From: Candidatus Marinacidobacterales bacterium
Lineage (GTDB): Bacteria; Acidobacteriota; Vicinamibacteria; Marinacidobacterales; DATDRI01
Direction of reading: 5' to 3'
Assembly: GCA_965226495.1 (NCBI GenBank)
Contig: OZ245365.1
Location: 1,536,001 to 1,600,000 of the forward strand
DNA: 64,000 bases
In this document: piece after piece, positions 40,385 to 51,709 of the stretch
Layout of the letters: the number at the start of each line of letters is the position of its first letter
Position numbering within the stretch: position 1 is the first letter of the stretch
The notes under the pieces: generated by a model
What the model was told of the DNA's origin: nothing
Database searches by the model: none
What the model saw: only the letters and a program-made list of their open reading frames with translations
Translations under genes and position numbers: made by a program

Positions 40385-41909
40385 GTGTTCGCGCGTACGG
40401 TAACCGGGGCGACTCGGGGCATCGAAGGACTCCTCGTGCGGGTGGAAGTCTACCTGAGTGACGGCGTTCCGTCGTTCCGCACGGTGGGACTACCCGACGC
40501 ATCGGTGCGGGAGGCGCGCGAAAGGGTTCGAGCCGCGCTCCGTACGAATGGTTTCGAATATCCGGCTGGGAGGATTACGCTCAGCCTCGCTCCAGCGGAG
40601 GTCCCCAAACAGGGCGCGGGATTCGACCTGGCGGTCGCTATCGGTCTGCTGGCGGCGCGGGACCACGTGCCCACTGACAGGCTGAGCAGCACGCTCTTGA
40701 TGGGCGAGCTGGCGCTCGACGGGACGCTTCGTCCAGTGAGAGGGGTACTTCCGGTGGCGGTCGAGGCTCGATCGGAAGGCGTTCGGATGGCGGTGGTTCC
40801 GCAAGCAAACGGAGTGGAGGCGGCCATGGTGGATGGTCTGGCAGTGTATTCGGTCGGTTCTCTCCGAGAGGCGGTAGATCTCTTGTCCGCGGAGAACCTT
40901 CCAGCGCCCCTGCCAACGAACAGGACCTATCTGTCGAGGCGGAAGCCGTTGCGCGACCTCGCGGACGTAAAGGCTCAGTACCAAGCAAAACGGGCTCTCG
41001 AGTTGGTCGCCGCCGGGGGTCACAACCTACTCTTCTATGGACCTCCCGGCGCGGGCAAGACGTTACTCGCACGTTGCCTGCCCTCGCTGCTGCCCCCGTT
41101 GAGCTTCGATGAAGCGATCGAGGTAACGAAGGTTCATTCCGTTGCCGGGAGACTGCCTCCTAGTGTCGGTTTGTTAACCGATCCGCCGTTTAGGGCCCCG
41201 CACCACACGATTTCTTGGGCGGCGATGGCCGGCGGAGGCATAGGGGCCGATGCCTGGCGAAGTAAGCTTGGCGCATCGAGGCGTCTTGTTCCTGGACGAG
41301 CTCGCCGAGTTTCCCCGTAACGCGCTCGAGGCGCTTCGCCAACCTTTGGAAGAAGGAAGCATTCTTGTGAGCCGCGTCGGTCGATCGGCTCGATTGCCTA
41401 CCGAGTTCGTTCTAGTTGCCGCGATGAATCCCTGTCCGTGCGGATACTCCGGAGCCGAGGCTCGTGGATGCATCTGCTCGCCCGCGGTTGTGAGTCGGTA
41501 CCAGTCGCGGGTCTCTGGGCCCTTGATCGATCGCATCGACCTGCAGGTCTACGTCCGCGCCTTGACCGGCGAGCAAATGCTCGCCTCGCCTTCATCCGAG
41601 CGAAGCTCGGTCGTACGCGACCGAGTGATGAGTGCCAGGGAGTTGCAGAAGGAACGCTTTGCCGGCTCCGGTCATCGTCTCAACGCTGCGATGTCGCCCC
41701 CGGAAGTGATGCGATTCTGCGAGTTGAGCCCCGCCGGAAAGGAATCCCTACGCCAAGCTGTGGATAGCTTGGGTCTTTCGGCGCGCGCGTTCGACCGGAT
41801 ACTCAAGGTGGCGCGAACGATGGCCGATTTGGACGGGGGGGGAAGCATCGAGGACGCACACCTTCACGAGGCCATCCAGTACCGTATCCTGGAGAGTCAG
41901 CAAGCGTAG
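40385..41909 (+). pseudogene. comM: YifB/ComM Mg-chelatase-like AAA+ ATPase, frameshifted at about 41243-41246
   Basis: VGLPDASVREARERV, GPPGAGKT, PFRAPHH, then PGEVSLAHRGVLFLDE, LRQPLE, SGPLIDRID in the next frame; one extra G in ATAGGGGCCG. Confidence 0.85.
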
Positions 41910-41928
41910 CAGGTGTTAGCATCTGCCA

Positions 41929-42132
41929 ATGTCGGACAAGAATGTCCTCGCCAAGGCATCAGACCTCTTCAACCGTAAGCTTTACTTCGAATGTCACGAC
42001 TTGCTTGAAGATGCATGGGCCGGTGCGGGAGCCGTCAGCCGTCGCGCAGGTGCGCCGTCACCGGAGCGACAGGCATGGGGGTGGGGCCCCATGCCATTGA
42101 GAGATGCCGCCGCGAGCACCGGCGAGGCTTAG
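41929..42132 (+). pseudogene. Displaced 5' fragment of DUF309 gene fused to inserted sequence
   Basis: MSDKNVLAKASDLFNRKLYFECHDLLEDAWAGA, then reads into the repeat unit and stops. Confidence 0.7.
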
Positions 42133-42449
42133 GGGTTGCGGTGGGTTTGAACGACGTTCTGGCGAAGGCGTCGGAGCTTTTCAACCGAAAGCTGTATTTC
42201 GAATGTCATGACATCCTAGAGGATGCTTGGGCCGGTGCGGGAGCCGTCAGCCGTCGCGCAGGTGCGCCGTCACCGGAGCGACAGGCATGGGGGTGGGGCC
42301 CCATGCCATTGAGAGATGCCGCCGCGAGCACCGGCGAGGCTTAGGGTTGCGGTGGGTTTGAACGACGTTCTGGCGAAGGCGTCGGAGCTTTTCAACCGAA
42401 AGCTGTATTTCGAATGTCATGACATCCTAGAGGATGCTTGGGCCGGTGC
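42016..42449 (+). repeat. Two tandem 212/211-bp units bounded by TGGGCCGGTGC
   Basis: 11-bp core at 42016, 42228 and 42439; units identical except one G in a G-run. Confidence 0.93.
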
Positions 42450-42717
42450 TCGCGGCCCGGAACGCGATTTCCTCCAAGCGTTGATACACATCGCCGTCGG
42501 CATGTACCACGTGGCGGGGGGAAACCAGAGAGGAGCGGTGAGTCAGCTCGAGCAAGGAGTGCGCGCACTCCAGCCGTTTCGCCCGGACCGCGAAGGACTC
42601 GATGTGGAGCGCCTCATCATCGGCGCCGCGCGGTGTCTCGAGAAGTTCGAGAACGATGCCTTCCCGGATTGGACCGCGGAGGACATTCCGAGGATGAATT
42701 ACCGCCGATTGGTGTAG
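42352..42717 (+). CDS. DUF309 domain protein
   Basis: LFN...YFECHDILEDAW.....ERDFLQALIHIAVGMYH...GN..GA. Confidence 0.85.
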   Translation: MGLNDVLAKASELFNRKLYFECHDILEDAWAGARGPERDFLQALIHIAVGMYHVAGGNQRGAVSQLEQGVRALQPFRPDREGLDVERLIIGAARCLEKFENDAFPDWTAEDIPRMNYRRLV

Positions 42718-42778
42718 GATCGGCATTCCGCCCGGTTCGACGCCAGGCCCAGAATGTCCAAGAATAATTGAGACACCA

Positions 42779-44182
42779 ATGAAGAAGGCGTATGTCGTAG
42801 CACTGGTCCTCCTCGCCGGCCTGTTTCTATATCTGGATGTCGCCGTTCAGCGAGCCGATCGAAAGGCCGATCGAAACGATGTCGCGGCGGGGTCGGCGTA
42901 TAGGGTCATGATCCTCGGCTTCGATGGAACGGATCCCGAGTTTCTCCACTCCTTGATGTCGCAGGGCAAGCTGCCGAACTTCGAGCGGCTCCATCGGGAA
43001 GGAGCCTATGGCCCTTGCCGCACGTTCAAACCGACGAAGTCGAATGTGATTTGGACTTCCATAGCGACGGGCAAGCGAATGGAAAAACACGGCATCATCG
43101 ATTGGATGGTGCTCTCCGATGATGGCCAGGAAAGGCTTCTGACAACGGGAAACCAAAGGCGCACCGAGGCGCTATGGAATATTGCGACAGCAGCCGGGAA
43201 AAGCGTGCAACTGATCAACTGGTGGGCGACTTGGCCTGCGGAACACGTGAATGGTGAGATGGTCTCGAATCATTTCACAAAAACACGCAAGACTCGCATC
43301 GATGAAGCGACATATCCAGCGACTCTCAATGACGAGTTGGAACCACTCGCCGCCTTCGGAGACGCCGGAGTTCACGAGGAGATGCGTGCGGCGGGAATCC
43401 CGGTGTATTCGGACGAGCTCGCGGAGAGTGTCTTTCGTCCTTCCGAGAATTTCAGGAGGCGTTTCGAGGCGTCGGTAGAGCTATTCGCCGAGGATATGCT
43501 CGTCGAGAAAGTTGCGAGTCACCTCATGGAGACCCGCGGGCAAAGGGATCTCTTTGGAGTGATCTTCCGGAACGCGGACATTTTTACACACTTCCTGTGG
43601 CGATTCATCGATGTGCGCTTAGCCAAGCAAGTGTACGACCACCTCAACGAGGATAAGTTGCCGCTCACTTCAGAGATCGAGCAGGCGATGAACGAAGCCT
43701 ACGCCGCGGTCTTGCAGGCGGTGTACATTCATGAAGACCGCCGACTGGGGCGGCTGATGGCGATGGCCGGGCCGGACACGGTGGTGATCGTGGTTTCCGA
43801 TCATGGGTTTCAGTTCCGGAACTATGGCTTTTATCACTACGCTCTAGGTCCGCCGGGGGCGAGAGCGCCAGGAAGTGTGGAAACTTTGGCCCCCCCTGGG
43901 GTAATTTTCCTATGGGGTCCGCCGATCCGGGGCGGCACCAAGCTCACCCACGCGACGGTGTTCGATGTTTCGCCAACCGCCCTGTATCTTCTAGGGCTGC
44001 CGGTCGGGGAGGACATGGACGGGAGGGTTCTGGTCGAAGCCCTTGCCCCTGAACTACTTGCGGAAAGACCCGTCGAGTGGACTCCTACTCACGACAGCGG
44101 CATGCGGGGAGGAAAGCCTCGCCGAAGCCCCATCGACAAGGATATTTTGAAAGAACTGCAAACCCTCGGATACGTGTCTTGA
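42779..44182 (+). CDS. Alkaline phosphatase superfamily (type I phosphodiesterase/NPP-like) protein
   Basis: ILGFDG, LPNF, PTKSNVIWTSIATG, NWWATWPA, VSDHGF, DVSPT, C-terminal LQTLGYV. Confidence 0.82.
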   Translation: MKKAYVVALVLLAGLFLYLDVAVQRADRKADRNDVAAGSAYRVMILGFDGTDPEFLHSLMSQGKLPNFERLHREGAYGPCRTFKPTKSNVIWTSIATGKRMEKHGIIDWMVLSDDGQERLLTTGNQRRTEALWNIATAAGKSVQLINWWATWPAEHVNGEMVSNHFTKTRKTRIDEATYPATLNDELEPLAAFGDAGVHEEMRAAGIPVYSDELAESVFRPSENFRRRFEASVELFAEDMLVEKVASHLMETRGQRDLFGVIFRNADIFTHFLWRFIDVRLAKQVYDHLNEDKLPLTSEIEQAMNEAYAAVLQAVYIHEDRRLGRLMAMAGPDTVVIVVSDHGFQFRNYGFYHYALGPPGARAPGSVETLAPPGVIFLWGPPIRGGTKLTHATVFDVSPTALYLLGLPVGEDMDGRVLVEALAPELLAERPVEWTPTHDSGMRGGKPRRSPIDKDILKELQTLGYVS

Positions 44183-44358
44183 GAGGGCACGCGCTTTGCA
44201 GGGATCTAAGGAAGAAACCTGGTCGGAACCTTTGAAAAAATCGGGTTCTTCTTTTTGGCTTGACAGTTGTCTCACGGCTGTAGTAAGAAAAAGGGCGCTT
44301 TTTGTGCATTTTGGGTCGGTTTTCCTCTTGATGGAGCCAACCGCGAGAGGTCGGTGGT

Positions 44359-45300
44359 ATGGCTAAACGATTTTATACATTTATCTTAGTTCCTCATGCA
44401 GAAGCGAAGTTCCGCAAGATTCATTTGTCCAAACGTATCGCCATTCTTTTAATTTCCTTCCTTGGGTTGGTGGCTGTCATGGCCGGAACGTTGACTTTCC
44501 ACTACGTAGAGTTCTACGGGGACATGCACGAGCTCCGGCGACTGAGAATGGTTAACGCCGAGCTACGACGACAAAACCTGGACTATGAGGTTTCAGTCGA
44601 GCATCTGAACAATCGAGTCACTTCACTCCAGGATTTTGTCAAGAAGCTCTCGGTCATGGCCGGGCTCGGGACCGAGCTACCGGACGAATCCGGTGCCGGT
44701 ATGGGAGGATTTCGCGACGATGACGGCGTCTCCCCCGCGAGCGCCTACGAGCAAGTCAAGGGCAGTCTTCATCAAATGGCCAGCGACTTGACCGCTCTCG
44801 ACGCAAAAGGGCGCGTCCTGGAAAGATTCTACGAGGAGCATTCGCTCATGCTTGCCTCCACGCCGTCGATATGGCCGGTACGCGGTTATTTATCTTCGTC
44901 GTACGGTCGTCGTCGCGATCCGTTCACGGGTGAGCGCGAGTTTCATCATGGAATCGATGTCTCGACGCCTATTGGACGGTCGGTCGTGGCCCCCGCCGAC
45001 GGAGTTGTGCTGTACGCAGGCAAGCGTGGAAGCTACGGTAACGTCATCGTCATCGACCACAAGTTCGGGACGATGACCCGTTATGCGCATCTTTCTCGTT
45101 TCAATGTGGGCCCCGGCAAGAGAGTGAAGAGGGGGGATGTCGTCGGTTACGTTGGAAGTACCGGTAGGAGCAACGGCCCGCATCTCCATTACGAAGTTTG
45201 GGTGGCCGATCGCCCGGCGCACCCGCTCAACTACATTCTCGAGTATAATAAGACCTTCACGGTTTCAGGCCGCGGCAGCAGATCTGCTGGCGGACCATAG
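44359..45300 (+). CDS. M23 family metallopeptidase with TM and coiled coil
   Basis: PSIWPV.G, FHHGID, YAHL, GSTGRSNGPHLHYEV. Confidence 0.92.
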   Translation: MAKRFYTFILVPHAEAKFRKIHLSKRIAILLISFLGLVAVMAGTLTFHYVEFYGDMHELRRLRMVNAELRRQNLDYEVSVEHLNNRVTSLQDFVKKLSVMAGLGTELPDESGAGMGGFRDDDGVSPASAYEQVKGSLHQMASDLTALDAKGRVLERFYEEHSLMLASTPSIWPVRGYLSSSYGRRRDPFTGEREFHHGIDVSTPIGRSVVAPADGVVLYAGKRGSYGNVIVIDHKFGTMTRYAHLSRFNVGPGKRVKRGDVVGYVGSTGRSNGPHLHYEVWVADRPAHPLNYILEYNKTFTVSGRGSRSAGGP

Positions 45301-45377
45301 CTCTAGCAGGCCCAGAAAAAACTGCCATCGTCTTTCACTACATTGCTTCGGCGTTCACTGCACCTAGCAGACACTTC

Positions 45378-46157
45378 ATGAAGCTTGCCACTGCTCCCAC
45401 GATCCTGGGGCTTGGCACCATCTATGCCCTCGCAGCTGTGGGATGCGGCTCCAGTGCCGCGCCCCTGTCCCCGTCTCCGGTGGGGTCCGAGGCATCCAGT
45501 TCAGGCAGTTCAGACTCGCTCGGCTCAATCTCCGCCATACCTGCTCGGGACGGTGCCAAGAGAACGATCCTGTGTTTCGGCGATAGCTTGACTTTCGGTA
45601 CGACTAGCCGGGCGGCGCCCGGATTCGCGACTCTATCGATGATTGAAGGCTACGTCCCCAAGCTACAGCATCTGTTGGAAGACGAGCTGGATGGGCAGCT
45701 GAACATGGTCAACTCTAGCCGTGGGGGAGGGGATACCAACGAGGGGCTCGCGCGACTTCCTAACGATCTCCGCATCCACAACCCCGACCTGGTTCTGTTA
45801 TGGCTGGGCGTCGTCGATATCAACACCAACGATAAGGCTCGGTTCACTCAGCTACGCGAAAACCTCGTCGCGATGATGCGAATGATTCAGCGCGAGGGAG
45901 CGGCGGTGGTGATCGGAACCTATCCTCCCATGGATCCTGAAGGGTTTCGCGCCCTGGCCCCGGAGAATGTGGAACGCCTCAATACCATCATTCGTCAGGA
46001 AGCGAACGCGGAGCGGGTTCCGATTGCGGGACACGAGATCGCTTTCCGCAACGACCCAGCCTCGTTTCTGGGGAGCGACGGCCTTCACCCTAACGACAAC
46101 GGCTACCAGCTCATCGCCGAGACGTGGTTCGAGGTTGTGAAAGACCTGGACTTCTGA
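45378..46157 (+). CDS. SGNH/GDSL hydrolase lipoprotein
   Basis: CFGDSLTFG, DGLHPNDNGY; lipobox AVGC. Confidence 0.85.
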   Translation: MKLATAPTILGLGTIYALAAVGCGSSAAPLSPSPVGSEASSSGSSDSLGSISAIPARDGAKRTILCFGDSLTFGTTSRAAPGFATLSMIEGYVPKLQHLLEDELDGQLNMVNSSRGGGDTNEGLARLPNDLRIHNPDLVLLWLGVVDINTNDKARFTQLRENLVAMMRMIQREGAAVVIGTYPPMDPEGFRALAPENVERLNTIIRQEANAERVPIAGHEIAFRNDPASFLGSDGLHPNDNGYQLIAETWFEVVKDLDF

Positions 46158-46177
46158 TTACCCTCCGAAAGACTAGT

Positions 46178-46233
46178 AATCAGTCTTCAGTTATTCCTGA
46201 TCACTGATGACTGTTAACTGTTCACTGTTCACT
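46178..46233. repeat. Heptamer-type short tandem/inverted repeat
   Basis: AATCAGT CTTCAGT ... ACTGATG ACTGTTA ACTGTTC ACTGTTC. Confidence 0.5.
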
Positions 46234-46331
46234 AGGCCATGCCGTCCGCCAGGACGGCAGATGTTGATTAGCCTACGGCCATTTGCTAGACTGGCGGATT
46301 ATCAATCGGAGCAAAAGGTCAATTACTTCTG

Positions 46332-49070
46332 ATGTTTAACACCATTCTCACAAAAGTAATCGGGAGCAAGAACGAGCGCGAGCTCAAGCGGGTCCGACCC
46401 CGGGTCGCTGTCATCAACGAGCTCGAACCGCAGATGCAGGCCCTCTCCGATTCGGATTTGGCGGCGAAGACTCCCCAGTTTCGGGAGAGGTTGAGTCGCG
46501 GCGAATCTCTCGACGATCTCTTGCCCGAGGTCTTCGCAGTATGCCGGGAAGGCGGCCGTCGCGCGCTCAACATGCGTCACTTCGACGTCCAGCTCATCGG
46601 TGGGATGGTGCTCCATCAAGGGAAGATAGCCGAGATGAAGACCGGCGAGGGTAAGACCCTTGTCGCTACGCTCCCGGTCTACCTCAACTCCCTGGCCGGC
46701 AAGGGAGTGCACGTGGTAACGGTGAACGACTACCTCGCTCGGCGGGACGCGGAGTGGATGGGTAGGCTCTACCAGTTTCTCGGCTTGACGGTGGATACCA
46801 TCCAACACGACTTCACAGATGCCGATCGGCAACGCGCCTACCGGGCGGATGTGACTTACGGCACCAACAACGAGTTCGGGTTCGACTACCTACGCGACAA
46901 CATGAAGTTCGACCCTTCGCTCTTCGTGCATCGAATCTTTCCTCGCACCACGAAGGACAGAGACGGCAAAGAGGTCGAAAAACTCTTCAACTTCGCCATT
47001 GTGGACGAAGTGGATTCGATTCTCATCGACGAGGCTCGCACCCCGCTGATTATCAGCGGACCTGCGGAGGAGTCCACCGACCTCTACTACCAGATCGACC
47101 GCGTCATTCCCAAATTTAGAAGGGATTTCGATTTCACAGTTGACGAGAAGTCACGCACCGTGACCTTGACCGAGGACGGCGTGCCTCACTGCGAATCGTT
47201 GTTGGGAGTGGATAACCTCTACGATCCGTCTCAGATGCACATTCTTCATCACGTCTACCAAGCCCTCCGGGCGCACTCGTTGTACAAGCGGGACGTCGAC
47301 TACATGGTGAAAGATGGGCAGGTCGTCATCGTCGACGAGTTCACGGGTAGGTTGATGCCGGGGCGACGTTGGTCTGACGGGCTCCACCAGGCGATCGAAG
47401 CGAAAGAGCACGTCAAGATCGAAAGAGAGAACCAGACTCTCGCCACGATCACTTTCCAAAACTACTTCCGGATGTACGAGAAATTGGCAGGCATGACGGG
47501 AACCGCAGAAACCGAGGCTCCCGAGTTCGAGAAGATTTACGACTTGGAAGTCATCGTGGTGCCAACCAATCGAAATTTGATTCGTGATGAATACGCCGAT
47601 CTCGTCTACCGTACGGAACGAGAGAAGCTCAATGCCGTGGTCGACGAGATCAAGGAGCTCAGCGGGGCGGGCCGCCCCATTTTGGTAGGTACCACGTCCA
47701 TCGGCAAGAGTGAAAAGGTGTCCCAACTCCTCAAACGCTCCGGTGTGAAACATGTCGTGCTGAACGCGAAGTACCACGAGATGGAAGCCGAAATCGTGGC
47801 GCAAGCAGGCCGGATCGGCGCGGTTACCATCGCCACCAACATGGCGGGGCGCGGCACCGACATTCTCTTGGGAGGCAACCCGGACTACATGGCACGAACC
47901 GCACTCAAGGACAAAGGTGTGGACTACCGCGAGGCAGAAGAGGGAGTTTGGGAGGAAGAGTTCAAGAAGGCCACGAAGCAAGTCGCGGAGGCCCACGATA
48001 AGGTCGTGGGGGTAGGCGGGCTTCACATTTTGGCTACCGAGCGACACGAGGCGCGTCGCATCGACAACCAGCTCCGTGGTCGGGCCGGTCGGCAAGGCGA
48101 CCCAGGCAGCTCTAGGTTCTTTCTCTCGCTGGAAGATGACTTGATGCGGATCTTCGGAAGCGAGCGCATCAGCGGGCTCATGCAGAGATTGGGCATGGAG
48201 GAAGGAGTGCCCATCGAGCACAACATGGTGACGCGGGCCATCGAGCGCGCTCAAAAACAGGTGGAAGGCCAGCACTTCTCCATCCGGAAGCACCTGCTCG
48301 AATACGACGACGTCATGAACAAGCAGCGGGTGGCCGTATATCGACTGCGACGCGAGATCCTGGAAGGGAAAGACGAGCGGGAGTACGTCTTGGAGCTGGC
48401 CGACGCGCTGCTCGACTTTAGCGTCGACCGCTTCTTGCATGAGGAGAACGACCCCAGCGAGTGGGATCTGGACGGTTTCAAAAGAGAACTAGCGCGGCAG
48501 TACGGTTTGGACAGCTCGGGGATACAGGACCTGGATTGGGACGGGCTCAATCGCGACGAGATTCGAGAAACTCTTCGCACCAAGATCAAGGCCAAGTACG
48601 AAGAGAAAGAAACGCTTATCGGCCCCGACCTGATGCGTACTCACGAGCGCATCGTGATGCTCCAGATCGTGGACTCGCAGTGGAAGGACCACCTCTACGC
48701 GATGGACCACCTGAAGGAAGGTATCGGGCTCAGGGGCTACGCACAGCGCGATCCACTCATCGAGTACAAGAAGGAAAGTTTCCAGATGTTCGAAGCGACG
48801 TGGGATCGCATCGAGGAAGAGATCGTTCGTTACCTGTTCCTTCTGCAGCCAGTTCGTGAGCGTGTCAGCGAGCCGGCACCGACACGCCGCCCTACGCGAC
48901 TGCAGTTCAACGATCCCGGGGTGTCGTCATCCGCTTTCGCTAGACGCGAATCACAGGGCGGTGCGAACGCCGCAGTGAAGACCGTCAAGAGAGCAGCGGC
49001 AAAAGTCGGTAGGAACCAACTCTGTCCTTGTGGAAGCGGAAAGAAATTCAAAAAGTGCTGCGGTGCCTAG
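46332..49070 (+). CDS. secA: Preprotein translocase subunit SecA
   Basis: [39 protein letters not shown]-terminal [13 protein letters not shown]. Confidence 0.98.
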   Translation: MFNTILTKVIGSKNERELKRVRPRVAVINELEPQMQALSDSDLAAKTPQFRERLSRGESLDDLLPEVFAVCREGGRRALNMRHFDVQLIGGMVLHQGKIAEMKTGEGKTLVATLPVYLNSLAGKGVHVVTVNDYLARRDAEWMGRLYQFLGLTVDTIQHDFTDADRQRAYRADVTYGTNNEFGFDYLRDNMKFDPSLFVHRIFPRTTKDRDGKEVEKLFNFAIVDEVDSILIDEARTPLIISGPAEESTDLYYQIDRVIPKFRRDFDFTVDEKSRTVTLTEDGVPHCESLLGVDNLYDPSQMHILHHVYQALRAHSLYKRDVDYMVKDGQVVIVDEFTGRLMPGRRWSDGLHQAIEAKEHVKIERENQTLATITFQNYFRMYEKLAGMTGTAETEAPEFEKIYDLEVIVVPTNRNLIRDEYADLVYRTEREKLNAVVDEIKELSGAGRPILVGTTSIGKSEKVSQLLKRSGVKHVVLNAKYHEMEAEIVAQAGRIGAVTIATNMAGRGTDILLGGNPDYMARTALKDKGVDYREAEEGVWEEEFKKATKQVAEAHDKVVGVGGLHILATERHEARRIDNQLRGRAGRQGDPGSSRFFLSLEDDLMRIFGSERISGLMQRLGMEEGVPIEHNMVTRAIERAQKQVEGQHFSIRKHLLEYDDVMNKQRVAVYRLRREILEGKDEREYVLELADALLDFSVDRFLHEENDPSEWDLDGFKRELARQYGLDSSGIQDLDWDGLNRDEIRETLRTKIKAKYEEKETLIGPDLMRTHERIVMLQIVDSQWKDHLYAMDHLKEGIGLRGYAQRDPLIEYKKESFQMFEATWDRIEEEIVRYLFLLQPVRERVSEPAPTRRPTRLQFNDPGVSSSAFARRESQGGANAAVKTVKRAAAKVGRNQLCPCGSGKKFKKCCGA

Positions 49071-49147
49071 TGTTGTTCCAACCTGTTCGAGCCGATTTAG
49101 TTGGAACGGCACTCGTCCGCCGCAAATTGCAGCAGGGAGCGTGAGCC

Positions 49148-50611
49148 TTGAACAATGACGACAAATTTCCAATCGCTCTCACCTTTGAAGATGTCCTCTT
49201 AGTTCCCCAGAAGTCCGACGTCCTGCCGTCCCAAGTCGATACCAAGACCAAGTTCAGCCGCCGCATTCAACTCAATATTCCCATCGTCAGTTCGGGAATG
49301 GATACCGTTACCGAGTCACGCTTGGCCATCGCGATCGCGCAGCTCGGCGGATTGGGCGTCATTCACCGCAACATGACTCCACAGCAACAAGCAGACGAGG
49401 TCGACAAGGTAAAACGCTCGGAGAGCGGTATGATTGTTGATCCCATCACCATGACCCCCGACCGGTCCATCGCGGAGGCGCAGGCGGTCATGGCCAAGTA
49501 TCGGTTCTCCGGTGTCCCGGTGGTAGTGGACGGCAAACTCGTCGGCATTCTCACCAATCGCGACCTCAGATTCGAGACTCGAATGGATCTTCGAATCTCC
49601 GACGTTATGACGAAGGAAAACTTGATCACCGTTCCGGTTGGAACCAATCTTGCCGAAGCCAAGGAGATTCTGCACGAGCACAGGGTGGAAAAACTCCTGG
49701 TCGTGGACGAGGAGTACAACCTGAAAGGGTTGATCACCGTCAAGGATATTCAGAAGGCCATAAAGTACCCGCTTGCCTGCAAAGACACGCTGGGCCGTCT
49801 GCGATGCGCCGCCGCAATCGGAGTAGGGGAGGAGGCTCTGGAGAGAGCCAAAACACTCATTGATGCCCAGGCGGATGCCCTGGTAGTGGACACCGCACAC
49901 GGTCACAGCACGAAAGTGTTGGAGACGGTCGAGAAACTCAAGAGAAACCATCCCGACGTCGATGTGGTAGCGGGAAACGTTGGCACCGGGGAGGCGGCCC
50001 GCGATTTGATTCAAGCGGGAGCCGACGCGGTGAAGATCGGTATGGGGCCGGGCTCGATCTGCACGACGCGTGTGATTTCGGGCGCCGGTGTTCCTCAGAT
50101 CACCGCCGTGCTCGATTGTGCCGACGCTGCGAGCCAGTTCGACGTGCCACTGATTGCGGACGGCGGAATCAAGTTCAGCGGAGATATCACCAAGGCCATT
50201 GCCGCGGGAGCCGACGCGGTCATGGTCGGTGGCCTTTTTGCCGGCACCGATGAGAGCCCCGGCGAGATGATCCTGTACCAGGGACGGACGTTCAAGACCT
50301 ATCGGGGAATGGGGTCACTGGGCGCCATGAGCGATGCCACTCGAGATCGCTATTTCCAGCAAGACGTGGATGCTTCGAAGTTGGTCCCGGAGGGGATCGA
50401 GGGGCGGGTTCCATCCAAGGGGAGTCTGTCCGGCGTAGTGACCCAGCTGGTAGGAGGGCTACAGGCGGGCATGGGCTATTGCGGCTGCCGGAACATCAAA
50501 GAGTTGCAAACGCGCGCCAAGTTCGTGCGCGTGACGCAAGCGGGGCACCGGGAAGGCCACGTCCATGATGTCATCATCACCAAGGAAGCCCCCAACTACC
50601 AGCTCGATTAA
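49148..50611 (+). CDS. guaB: IMP dehydrogenase
   Basis: [13 protein letters not shown] pair, [27 protein letters not shown]. Confidence 0.97.
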   Translation: MNNDDKFPIALTFEDVLLVPQKSDVLPSQVDTKTKFSRRIQLNIPIVSSGMDTVTESRLAIAIAQLGGLGVIHRNMTPQQQADEVDKVKRSESGMIVDPITMTPDRSIAEAQAVMAKYRFSGVPVVVDGKLVGILTNRDLRFETRMDLRISDVMTKENLITVPVGTNLAEAKEILHEHRVEKLLVVDEEYNLKGLITVKDIQKAIKYPLACKDTLGRLRCAAAIGVGEEALERAKTLIDAQADALVVDTAHGHSTKVLETVEKLKRNHPDVDVVAGNVGTGEAARDLIQAGADAVKIGMGPGSICTTRVISGAGVPQITAVLDCADAASQFDVPLIADGGIKFSGDITKAIAAGADAVMVGGLFAGTDESPGEMILYQGRTFKTYRGMGSLGAMSDATRDRYFQQDVDASKLVPEGIEGRVPSKGSLSGVVTQLVGGLQAGMGYCGCRNIKELQTRAKFVRVTQAGHREGHVHDVIITKEAPNYQLD

Positions 50612-50671
50612 GAAACGAACCTCACGGTGAGAACTTCTCACCGTTTCGAAATCATCCTGAGAACTTTCCAA

Positions 50672-51670
50672 ATGTTCGCTTGGCTCCGGTTTCGGCTTCT
50701 CGCAGCGGCGGTGACAACCGCCTGGATCTCCGCGTGCGCCGGGGTTTCGCAGACGCTCGTCACCGCCTACAGCCCTCTGCTGGCGATATCCATACCCATC
50801 CCAGCCGGCTGGAGTACCGAGATCGGTTCCCAGGCGGGATTCAAGATGCAGATTTTCACTGGGCCCTCGGTCGATGTGCCCGAGCGGCCGGGTATCCGAG
50901 TCCAAGTCATGACCGGCCCGATACCAGACGGGGTGACGGTGGACGAGATTGCAGAGCGGTACGTCGAAGGGCAAGAGGTGTCCCTCGCGCGCGGACATTC
51001 TTTGCATGGTTTCGCCGGCAAGAGTTGGTACTTCTCGTCCCAGGATGGTGCCGAGCAGTCCCGTCTCATGTTGACCCCGATCGAGGGGATACTGTACGGC
51101 ATCTACGCCCACGGCGAAGCGGGGACCGTCGAGTCCTACGGTTCGGTACTGGACGCGATGTGGGACCAATTCTCGGTAGAGCGGGAGCCGTTTTTCGAAA
51201 CCTACTCTCGGCCGGAGCTATCGTTGCAGTTCCGCCATCCTCGTTCCTGGAATAAGACTATATCCCTTGGGGAGCCTGGTAAATCCTTTTTTGTTGGTTT
51301 CCGCAGCCCGGCTTTGGCCAAAGAAGAAGCAGGGACCAGCATCCACGCGACGCTGGAAGTCAGCGTGAACACTCTCTCTCCAGGAACAACATTGGAGGCG
51401 TTCTACACGGAGCGGACGGAAGCGTTGGGCGACAATTACCGTCTGGTTCGTCACGAGCAGTGGGCGGGCGGAAAGGGTATTTCCAATCTCTACGGGACCG
51501 AGACGCAGCTCGCCAGCTACCTGGAAAGGACGTTCTATTTTGTGCATGACGGTAACAGCCTTGTCTACAAGTTCATCGTTCAAAACGTGGTCTACACCCA
51601 GATCGAGCCCTGGATCGAGGAGATCGCCAAATCGTTTCCCCCTGCTTCCGAGGCCGCCGAGCCTCGTTGA
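50672..51670 (+). CDS. Hypothetical lipoprotein (two PsbP-like halves)
   Basis: Lipobox ISAC; halves start 'ISIPIPAGW' and 'LQFRHPRSW'. Confidence 0.65.
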   Translation: MFAWLRFRLLAAAVTTAWISACAGVSQTLVTAYSPLLAISIPIPAGWSTEIGSQAGFKMQIFTGPSVDVPERPGIRVQVMTGPIPDGVTVDEIAERYVEGQEVSLARGHSLHGFAGKSWYFSSQDGAEQSRLMLTPIEGILYGIYAHGEAGTVESYGSVLDAMWDQFSVEREPFFETYSRPELSLQFRHPRSWNKTISLGEPGKSFFVGFRSPALAKEEAGTSIHATLEVSVNTLSPGTTLEAFYTERTEALGDNYRLVRHEQWAGGKGISNLYGTETQLASYLERTFYFVHDGNSLVYKFIVQNVVYTQIEPWIEEIAKSFPPASEAAEPR

Positions 51671-51709
51671 GAACGGACATTGATGTGAGATATACTGGTT
51701 GGCAATTCT

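Noticed and set aside
42016-42449. CRISPR array or DGR template/variable repeat
   Set aside because: Units are ~212 bp with identical interiors (no unique spacers). A/B differences are synonymous at all base types rather than adenine-specific. No cas or reverse transcriptase gene is in the window.
47151-48440. Long antisense ORFs (also 8953-10065, 17731-18648, 30452-31435)
   Set aside because: Shadow ORFs opposite well-conserved genes, expected from GC-rich codon bias.
50626-50642. GGTGAGAA-C-TTCTCACC inverted repeat after guaB as an intrinsic terminator
   Set aside because: Hairpin present but only a very short U tract follows; function cannot be supported.
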